Assembly: GCA_963708135.1 (NCBI GenBank)
Contig: OY970192.1
Location: 1,504,001-1,568,000 of the forward strand
DNA: 64,000 bases
From: an uncultured Gemmatimonadales bacterium
Lineage (GTDB): Bacteria; Gemmatimonadota; Gemmatimonadetes; Longimicrobiales; RSA9
Direction of reading: 5' to 3'
The notes below the pieces were generated by a model. The model was given only the letters and a program-made list of their open reading frames with translations. It did not search any database and was not told the DNA's origin. Below, piece by piece: positions 55,812 to 64,000 of the stretch (within the stretch, counting starts at the first letter, position 1; the number at the start of each line of letters is the position of its first letter). A program made the translations under genes and the position numbers.

Positions 55812-57398
55812 TCAGCGGCGGATCCGCCGCACCACCTTCCCGACCACCTCCCGCGCCTCCTCCACGCCGAACGCGTGGGCGAGCAGGAAGTACGCGGTGC
55901 CGTACGGCCCGAGTACCAGCACGGCGGCGAAGATCGGCCGCATCGGCGGCAGTGCCCAGGCGATCGCGCGCCCGAGAGCCGCCGCGAGCAGCGCCGCGGC
56001 GAACATGCGTCCGAGCGGCCTGGCCCCCGCCCCGACCCGGCCGATCCTGCCGCGCAGCACCCGCTTGAGCAGCCACCACTCGAGCCACGCCGCGACACCC
56101 GCGCCCAGGGTCAGGCCGAACACGCCCATGGGGTGCCCCATCACGTGCCAGTTGCGCTCCAGCGGGAACATCAGCGCGTAGCCGATCGCCGCGGTCACCA
56201 CGACGCGCAGCGCCGCGATCTTGGCCGGCGTCTTCGTGTCGTGGAGCGCGAAGAAGGTGGAGGAGAACAGGCGCGTCCCCGTGGAGGCCATGAGCCCGAG
56301 CGCGAAGCCGATCAGAACGATGGTCACGTAGATGGTGTCGTCGCGCCCGAAGCGGCCGGTCTGATAGATCGCGCCGACCACCACATCCCCCAGCAGGATG
56401 TAGCCGACCGTCGATGGCACCACGTAGACGGCGATCTGGCGCAATCCGTCGCTCACCCGCTGCGCCAGCCCGGCCTGGTCGGAGACCCGCTGGCGCGCGA
56501 GCTCCGGTAGCTCCGACGCGGCCACCGACATCCCGAACAGGCTGATCGGCAGCAGGTACAGCATGCTCGCGTAGCCCATGGCGGCCAACGCCCCCTGCGA
56601 GAGCAGGGAGGCCAGCAGCACGTCCACGTAGGCGCTGAGCTGCACGACCCCCCGCCCGAGCACCGCCGGGCCGGCGTTGTGCACCACCTCCCGGACGTTC
56701 CTCGTCCAGAGGCCCCCCATCCGGACCCGCAGCCGCGGCTCCAGCCGGAGCACCCGCGGAAGCTGCACGAGGAACTGCAGCACGCCGCCCACCAGCGCGC
56801 CCCAGGACGCGGCGATGACCAGCCCGGACAGCTCCATGCGGGTCCCGAAGAACAGCAGCGCCGCGATGATCGCCGCGTTCGAGACCACGGGGGCCACGTA
56901 GGAGAGGAAGAAGCTGCGGTGGCTGTTCAGGATCCCCAGCGCCCACGCCGAGAGCACGAGCACGCCCGTCATTGGAAACATGATGCGGACCGCCTGGACC
57001 GTGAGCGCCAGCCGCTCGCCCCGGAACCCCGGCGCCACGAGGTCCACCATGTAGGGAGCGAGGAAGATCCCGAGCAGGCTCATCGTCCCCGCCAGCGCCA
57101 GCAGCAGCGCGAACACCGCGCCGGCCACCCGGCCCGCCTCCTCCTCCCTGCCCTCGTGCAGCAGCTCCGTGTAGACGGGGATGAAGGACGCGCTCAGCGT
57201 CCCCTCCCCCAGCAGGTTCTGGACGATGTTGGGAATGCGCAGTGCCGCCAGGAAGGCGTCGGCGAAGAGGGTGTTGCCGAAGAAGTGCGCGATGACCCGC
57301 TGCCGGATGAACCCGGAGATGCGGGAGAGGAAGATGCCCGCGCCGACCAGGCGCGCGTAGATTCCGGCCTTGCTCGCCGGCTCAGCCGTGCTCGTCAC
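55812..57398 (-). CDS. murJ: Lipid II flippase MurJ (MviN)
   Basis: SRISGFIR, ADAF..A.RIPN..L.GEG.LS..FIP and DTKTP motifs. Confidence 0.93.
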   Translation of the reverse strand: MTSTAEPASKAGIYARLVGAGIFLSRISGFIRQRVIAHFFGNTLFADAFLAALRIPNIVQNLLGEGTLSASFIPVYTELLHEGREEEAGRVAGAVFALLLALAGTMSLLGIFLAPYMVDLVAPGFRGERLALTVQAVRIMFPMTGVLVLSAWALGILNSHRSFFLSYVAPVVSNAAIIAALLFFGTRMELSGLVIAASWGALVGGVLQFLVQLPRVLRLEPRLRVRMGGLWTRNVREVVHNAGPAVLGRGVVQLSAYVDVLLASLLSQGALAAMGYASMLYLLPISLFGMSVAASELPELARQRVSDQAGLAQRVSDGLRQIAVYVVPSTVGYILLGDVVVGAIYQTGRFGRDDTIYVTIVLIGFALGLMASTGTRLFSSTFFALHDTKTPAKIAALRVVVTAAIGYALMFPLERNWHVMGHPMGVFGLTLGAGVAAWLEWWLLKRVLRGRIGRVGAGARPLGRMFAAALLAAALGRAIAWALPPMRPIFAAVLVLGPYGTAYFLLAHAFGVEEAREVVGKVVRRIRR

Positions 57399-57660
57399 CG
57401 GGCGGCAGGGCGCTCCCCGCGCCGGGCTTGTTCTCCAGCAGGCGATGCAGGAATTCCGTCTCCTCCTCCAGGCGCCGCAGCTCCCCGTTCAGGCGCTCGA
57501 GCTCGCCCTCGAGGGTAGCAACCCGTGTGCCGAGCGCCCCGTCGGCCGCGGTGTCGGTGCCGCGCTCGAGGCGGCCCGCCAGCGCGCGGCCGAGCTGCGA
57601 GTCGAGGATCACCGCGATCAGCGGGATCATCAGGGCGAGGACGATAATGAAGGCCCACAT
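57382..57660 (-). CDS. Small membrane protein with coiled coil
   Basis: N-terminal TM helix and RLEEETEFLHRLL coiled coil. Confidence 0.65.
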   Translation of the reverse strand: MWAFIIVLALMIPLIAVILDSQLGRALAGRLERGTDTAADGALGTRVATLEGELERLNGELRRLEEETEFLHRLLENKPGAGSALPPGDEHG

Positions 57661-57747
57661 CGCCGGGGAAGGTACGCGAGGGCCGAAGGACGGGGCAAGC
57701 CGGCCGCGCCCGGGAAGCGGCCACAGGGCGCTCGCGGCCGCCCCCCC

Positions 57748-59394
57748 TCAGGCGGGCGGGAGACCTTCTCCGGAACAGTCCAGGCCGCGCCACCCCTCGG
57801 GCGCCTCACCCAGCCGGATCTCGATCGCCGCCGCGATCGCCGGCAGCAGCTCCGGACCGTAGCGGGCCAGGTACTGCGTCGCGTTCAGCACCCGCTCCTG
57901 CGGCGCTCCCTCCGGGCGCAGGTTCGCGGCAGCCTTGGCGATCTGGTCGAGCGAGGTCGCGTTCTGCTCCTTCAGGTGGCCGAGGATCTTCTTCTCGGCG
58001 TCGCGCAGCGCCACGTGGCTGGCGTTGCGGGCTCCGGTGATCGGCCCCTTGAGCGTCGCATCGATGCTCCGGGCCGTGTCGGCGAGGTGGGTGTAGCCCT
58101 GGTCGATCGCGGTGCGCAGCGCGCCGATCGACTCGCGCACGTCATCGGGCAGCTCGTCGCGGACCACCCGCGCGGCCAGCTCGTGCACCGGGGTCGCGAA
58201 GTCCTCGATCGAGAGCGAGAACTTCTCCAGCACCTTGCGCACCTTCCGCTCGACCAGGGTGACGCCCGCGCGCGGGTAGATCGTGGGCATGGCGATGCCG
58301 TGCGCCTGGAAGAAGCAGCCGAGCTGCGCGAAGTAGCTGAGCTCGCCCGGCCCCGCCACGTAGCCGATGGTCGGGAAGAGCGCGCTCTCGACCACCGGGC
58401 GCAGCACCACGTTGGGCGAGAACCGCTCCGGCTCGGACTCGAGGAGGGCGAGCAGCTCCTCCTGCGAGAAGCTCCGCTTCGTCCGGCGCAGCAGGAAGCG
58501 GCCATCCTCCCGCACCAGTCGCTCCCGGCCTTCCTCGTCCTCGTAGGAAACGTTCGTCGCGCCGCCGATCCCCACCTGCGCGTGGTAGCCCGCCGCCACC
58601 AGCCGCTCCGTCTGGGCGGCCACGATCCGCTCGTGCGCGTCCGACGCCTCCAGCTCCGCGCGAAACACCGGTGCCGCCAGCGCCTTCAGCACGGGGTGCG
58701 CGGGGTCCACGATGAGCAGGTCGAACGGCTCGAACAGCCCGGCGAGCAGGTCGGCATAGGCGGCCGCCATGGTCGCCCCGGGGCGGTAGGCGCTCCGCAC
58801 GCGCTCGAGGACGGTCGCGCTGAATTCGGTCTCGGGCAGCAGCTCCGCCAGCCGGCCGACCGCCGCCTCGATCTCCGGCCCGAGCCGCCGGTGCGCCATG
58901 GATACCGGCGGAGTGTCCGCCGCCTGCTCGACCGTGATCCGGTGCGGCGTGTTGTCCACGTCCAGCACGACCACGTGGTTCACCTCCGCCCAGTCGTGGT
59001 CGTCCGAGCCGACCCAGAAGAGCGGCGCCACCGGCACCCCGAGCTCCGACTCGAGCGCGCCCGCCAGCCGCACCAGCGTCAGGATCTTGTGGACGTTGTA
59101 GAGCGGCCCCGAGAAGAGCCCCGGCTGCTGGCCCGTGGTAACGAACGCGCCCTCACCCGCCACCACCCGCGCCAGCTTCTCCGCCGCCGCCGCGCTCGTG
59201 GGCCGGATCGCCTCCGCCATCCGCCGGCGGTGCTCCGGCCCCAGGCGACGCCGCGTCTCCTCCAGCTTCGCGCGGTACGCCGCGACATCGCCCGGGGCCG
59301 CCGGGTAGAACGGCGCGAGCGACTTCTCGCCCGCGTGGTACGCCTCGACGAGCGCGGCGCCACGCACCGGCCCGACCACGATCTCCAGGTTCAG
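57748..59394 (-). CDS. bshC: Bacillithiol biosynthesis protein BshC
   Basis: TGQQPGLFSGPLY..K, FW..DDHDWAE, SPNVVLRP, GPGE.SY.AQ and PQERV motifs. Start is CTG 59394 or GTG 59379. Confidence 0.9.
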   Translation of the reverse strand: MNLEIVVGPVRGAALVEAYHAGEKSLAPFYPAAPGDVAAYRAKLEETRRRLGPEHRRRMAEAIRPTSAAAAEKLARVVAGEGAFVTTGQQPGLFSGPLYNVHKILTLVRLAGALESELGVPVAPLFWVGSDDHDWAEVNHVVVLDVDNTPHRITVEQAADTPPVSMAHRRLGPEIEAAVGRLAELLPETEFSATVLERVRSAYRPGATMAAAYADLLAGLFEPFDLLIVDPAHPVLKALAAPVFRAELEASDAHERIVAAQTERLVAAGYHAQVGIGGATNVSYEDEEGRERLVREDGRFLLRRTKRSFSQEELLALLESEPERFSPNVVLRPVVESALFPTIGYVAGPGELSYFAQLGCFFQAHGIAMPTIYPRAGVTLVERKVRKVLEKFSLSIEDFATPVHELAARVVRDELPDDVRESIGALRTAIDQGYTHLADTARSIDATLKGPITGARNASHVALRDAEKKILGHLKEQNATSLDQIAKAAANLRPEGAPQERVLNATQYLARYGPELLPAIAAAIEIRLGEAPEGWRGLDCSGEGLPPA

Positions 59395-59443
59395 GTGCCA
59401 CCTCCCGTGCCGCGCGGCTGGGCGCCCGGGCGTTCCGGCGCCG

Positions 59444-59920
59444 TCACGAGCGTGCCTTGTGGTAGGGTTCGCCGCGCACGATCGTGCCGGCGCGGTACAG
59501 CTGCTCCGCGAGCAGCAGCCGGGCGAGGTCGTGAGGCAGCGTCATCGTGGAGAGGGAGAGCCGCCGGGTGGCGCCGGCGAGCGTCGCTTCGTCCAGCCCG
59601 AGCGCGCCGCCAATGAGGAACGCCGCGCCCGGGCTGCCCCGCACCGCCAGCGACTCGAGATGCCGGGCCAGGCCTGTGGAGTCCCAGGGATCCCCCTCGC
59701 GGGTGAGGGCGACCAGCTCCACCCCCACCGGGGCACGCTCCACGAGCCGCTCCGACTCCGCCCGCCGCACGTCCGCCGCGCGCCTGCCCCGCCCCGCCCT
59801 CTCCTCCTTCACCTCCACCACCTGGAGCGGCCAGTAGCGCCCCGCGCGGCGCTCGTACTCGGCGATCGCGTCGGCCAGCAGCGCCCCTGGACGGCCGACG
59901 GCGAGGAGCCAGAGCTTCAT
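59444..59920 (-). CDS. rlmH: 23S rRNA pseudouridine-1915 N3-methyltransferase
   Basis: FLIGGALG, LS.MTLPH and EQLYRA...GEPYHK motifs. Confidence 0.93.
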   Translation of the reverse strand: MKLWLLAVGRPGALLADAIAEYERRAGRYWPLQVVEVKEERAGRGRRAADVRRAESERLVERAPVGVELVALTREGDPWDSTGLARHLESLAVRGSPGAAFLIGGALGLDEATLAGATRRLSLSTMTLPHDLARLLLAEQLYRAGTIVRGEPYHKARS

Positions 59921-59923
59921 CGC

Positions 59924-61216
<1,293 letters not shown>

Positions 61217-61297
61217 GGACGAATCGTCTCCTGAATCGCGTCGCAAGGCCGTGGAGTGTAGGGGCCGCCCGGCCCCCACGCCAGGGCGCCCGGCGCG

Positions 61298-62353
61298 CTA
61301 CGGCACGAGCGCACCCAGTGCATGCAGGAGGCGGTCCGTGCCCTGCTCCGGCACCACCTCCTGTCCGAGGACCAGGATCTCGCTTCCGGCCAGGAGGGAC
61401 TGCAGCTTGACCGCATCCTTCGCGGTGGTGAGCACCGGCCCGCCCCCCGCCGCCGCCCTCAGCCGGGCGGCGTCCGCGGCATCGTAGGCGTGGTGGTCGG
61501 GGAAGGCCAGCACCCGCTCCAGGCCCCCGCCGGCCAGCTGCGCCTGCACCGCGAAGCTCGCGGGATCCGCCACCCCCACCACCCCGAGGCCGGCTGGCGG
61601 CGGCGCCCGGCGCTCGCCGGTCCGCCAGTCCGTCCACCCGGTGGGCCGCAGCGCAAGCACCCCGAGGATCGCCCCGGGCGCATAGCGCTCCAGCGCCCGG
61701 GCCACCGCCGCGGCCGCCTCGGCGCTCGCCGTCTTGCGCGTGACCACCACCGCGTCGGCGCGCCCCAGCGCCGCGAGCCGCTCCCGCCAGGGCCCGCGCG
61801 GCAGCAGGCGCGGGCGCGGCGTCCAGCGCTCGGCCGACACCAGCACAATGTCCAGGTCGCGCCGGATGCGGCGATGCTGGAACGCGTCATCGAGCACCAG
61901 CGCGGTCGCCCCCCGCGCGATCGCCTCCCGCGCCCCCTCGATCCGGTCCCGCCGCGCCACCACGACCAGCTCCGGGTGCCAGGCGCGGTGCAGCGCCGGC
62001 TCGTCCGGCGCGTAGCCGCCGTGCAGGATTCCCGGCCGGAGCCCGCGCGCCACGAGCGCTTCGGCCACCCACGCGGTCACGGGCGTCTTGCCGCTCCCCC
62101 CCACCGCCAGGTTGCCGACGCTGACCACCGGCACGCCGACCCCCGTAGGCCGACGGAGCCCGACGTCGTACGCGCCGTGATAGGCGGCCGAGCCGGCGCG
62201 GAACAGGAGCTCCGCCGGCGCCAGCGCCAGCGCCAGCCATGCCGGCATGCCGGAGCGGGGCCCGGTCGAGCGACGCACCAGCCGCTGCCACGCGCCCCCC
62301 TGCCACTCGAGCACGGGCGGAAAGGTGGCCGGTGCGCCGGGCGGCCCCGTCAC
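61298..62353 (-). CDS. lpxK: Tetraacyldisaccharide 4'-kinase
   Basis: SVGNLAVGGSGKTP, DEP, LDDAFQH, FPDHH and TTAKD motifs. Confidence 0.92.
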   Translation of the reverse strand: MTGPPGAPATFPPVLEWQGGAWQRLVRRSTGPRSGMPAWLALALAPAELLFRAGSAAYHGAYDVGLRRPTGVGVPVVSVGNLAVGGSGKTPVTAWVAEALVARGLRPGILHGGYAPDEPALHRAWHPELVVVARRDRIEGAREAIARGATALVLDDAFQHRRIRRDLDIVLVSAERWTPRPRLLPRGPWRERLAALGRADAVVVTRKTASAEAAAAVARALERYAPGAILGVLALRPTGWTDWRTGERRAPPPAGLGVVGVADPASFAVQAQLAGGGLERVLAFPDHHAYDAADAARLRAAAGGGPVLTTAKDAVKLQSLLAGSEILVLGQEVVPEQGTDRLLHALGALVP

Positions 62354-63018
62354 GGTCTCGCCTCGAGCGGCTGCCCCGCACGCCGGTCCACCGCCTCGGT
62401 CAGCGCCGTTAGAGCCGTCTCCAGCCGGACCGCCGCGCCGGCGAGCGCCGCCGCGTCGGCATCCGCGGACACGCACTCCGGCGCGCCGAACGCCATGTGC
62501 ACCCGCGTGAAGGGACGGGGCACCAGGAAGCGATCCCAGCTCTGGAACCACCACGCGCCGCGCGCCGAGGCGGAGGCCGGCACGATCGGCAGCCCCGAGC
62601 GTCGCGCGAGCTCGATGAAGCCGGGCTTCACGCGATGCAGCGGCCCGCGCGGGCCATCCACGGTCACCGCGATGCTCTCACCCGCCGCGGCCGCGTCCAG
62701 CAGGGCCCGGCTCGCCGTCCGGGCGCCACGCGAGCTCGAGCCGCGGACGATGCGGAACCCCCACCGCTCGAACAGCCGGCTGGCATACTCGCCGTCGCGC
62801 GAGCGGCTGATGAGCGTCGTGAGCGGGCGGCCGCGGTGGTAGTAGGCGCAGGCCAGCAGCCGGCCGTGCCAGAGCGCCAGCAGCACGGGCCGGCCGGCAC
62901 GCGCCAGCCCCTCGTAATGCTCCGCGCCCTCGACGCTGTAGCGCGTCGTGGCGAGCAGGGCATCGATCGCGGTCCCGCCGACGACGCCCGCCAGGCGATA
63001 CCTCAGCTCTTCGCTCAC
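62350..63018 (-). CDS. DUF374 lysophospholipid/lipid A acyltransferase family protein
   Basis: WHG, S.SRDGE, RGSSSRG, DGPRGP and SWDRF..P.PF motifs. Confidence 0.85.
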   Translation of the reverse strand: MSEELRYRLAGVVGGTAIDALLATTRYSVEGAEHYEGLARAGRPVLLALWHGRLLACAYYHRGRPLTTLISRSRDGEYASRLFERWGFRIVRGSSSRGARTASRALLDAAAAGESIAVTVDGPRGPLHRVKPGFIELARRSGLPIVPASASARGAWWFQSWDRFLVPRPFTRVHMAFGAPECVSADADAAALAGAAVRLETALTALTEAVDRRAGQPLEARP

Positions 63019-64000
63019 CCGCCGGCTCCGAGCAGCTCTTCCGCCAGCTCCACGACCCGCCCGGCGGCGCTCCCCCCGCCGGCCGCCGGCCGTAGCGCCT
63101 CCCGCACGGCGCCGAGCCCGGCCACGGCCGCGGCACGCGCGGCGGAGTCCGCCGCGAGCAGCGGGAGGAGCGCGGTCGCGAGCGTCTCCGGCGTCGCCTG
63201 ACCCTGCACCAACTCGGGCGCCACGCGCCGCCCCGCCACCAGGTTCACGAGGCCGATGTGCGGAACGCGGACGAGGCGCCGGGCGAGGAAATAGCTCACG
63301 GGGTGCATGCGGTAGGTGATGACCATCGGCGTGCCGGCGAGCGCGGCCTCGAGGGTCGTGGTCCCCGACTTGACCAGCGCCGCGCGCGCGTGCCGGAGCA
63401 GCCCGCGGGCATCGGCCGTGATCGGGTACGGCACTCCCTCGTAGCGGCTGGCCGGGACCCCGCTCGAGCGGGCCAGCACCGGCTGCACGGAGGGCATCTC
63501 CGCCCGCACCCGCGCCGCCGCCTCCAGGAAGAGCGGCAGGTGATAGCGGACCTCGTGGCCACGCGAGCCCGGGAACAGCGCGAGCAGCGGCCTCTCGGCG
63601 TCGATCCCGAGCGTGGCGCGGAAGTCCGCGGCCGAGACCTCGGGAAGGGCCGCGTCGAGCAGCGGATGCCCGACGAACCGGACGGCCGCGCCCGCCTCGC
63701 GGAAGAGCGGCTCCTCGAAGGGGAGGATCACCGCCAGCCGATCCACGTTGCGCGCCAGCTGCGCCATCCGGCTGCGGTGCCATGCCCAGACCTGCGGGGC
63801 GATGTAGTAGAGCACCGGGATCGCCGCCGAGCGCGCGCGCCGGGCCAGCCGCAGGTTGAACCCGGGATAGTCGATGGGGAGCACGAGGTCCGTCCCGCGG
63901 GCGCGCATCTCCGCCGTCAGCCGCCGCAGAAGCCGCATGAAGTACGGCAGCCGGCCCGCGACCTCCGCCAGTCCCATCACCGCCAGGTCATGGAAGTCGG
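63015..64000 (-). CDS. lpxB: Lipid-A-disaccharide synthase (5' end outside the window)
   Basis: IDYPGFN, YYIAPQVWAW, LPFE, FVGHP, PGSR, SGTTTLE and PELVQ motifs. Confidence 0.95.
   Translation of the reverse strand, partial: DFHDLAVMGLAEVAGRLPYFMRLLRRLTAEMRARGTDLVLPIDYPGFNLRLARRARSAAIPVLYYIAPQVWAWHRSRMAQLARNVDRLAVILPFEEPLFREAGAAVRFVGHPLLDAALPEVSAADFRATLGIDAERPLLALFPGSRGHEVRYHLPLFLEAAARVRAEMPSVQPVLARSSGVPASRYEGVPYPITADARGLLRHARAALVKSGTTTLEAALAGTPMVITYRMHPVSYFLARRLVRVPHIGLVNLVAGRRVAPELVQGQATPETLATALLPLLAADSAARAAAVAGLGAVREALRPAAGGGSAAGRVVELAEELLGAGG

Overview
A very GC-rich, densely coding chromosomal segment from a diderm bacterium. Gemmatimonadota (Longimicrobia-like) is my tentative guess from gene content and protein style; I did not verify it. 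About 55 CDS and one tRNA-Arg(CCT) are supportable, and I found no CRISPR array, transposase or integrase. A 28-bp dif-like XerCD site at 2336-2363 probably marks the replication terminus and lies directly upstream of ku-ligD (NHEJ). Downstream of 18.2 kb, about 40 of 45 genes are on the minus strand, pointing toward that site. The left part holds a polyprenol-P-mannose synthase/Zn-ribbon/plsC operon, a YfgM-like gene, a PQQ dehydrogenase lipoprotein, tamA-tamB, a GntR regulator and a GWxTD-like protein. The middle holds an ASRT-enolase-FAD/FeS oxidase-SDR (frameshifted)-GH15-membrane-OMP operon, a family-4 UDG, lgt, a TPM-nucleotidyltransferase-lemA cassette, a LuxR/AAA-SnoaL/TusA-DsrE module next to the tRNA, a Vgb-like propeller and a YncD/PqqU-like TonB receptor. 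The right part is a long housekeeping run (lpxB, lpxK, gdh, rlmH, bshC, murJ, uvrC, larC, der, plsY, gpsA, surE, pcm, apt). The main hidden patterns are (i) recurrent sigma54 -24/-12 motifs upstream of stress-type and envelope genes, (ii) strong enrichment of the Bacteroidota O-glycosylation sequon D-[ST]-[AILVMT] in exported proteins, and (iii) a possible PQQ-scavenging pair. All product calls come from motifs recognised by eye, not database searches.
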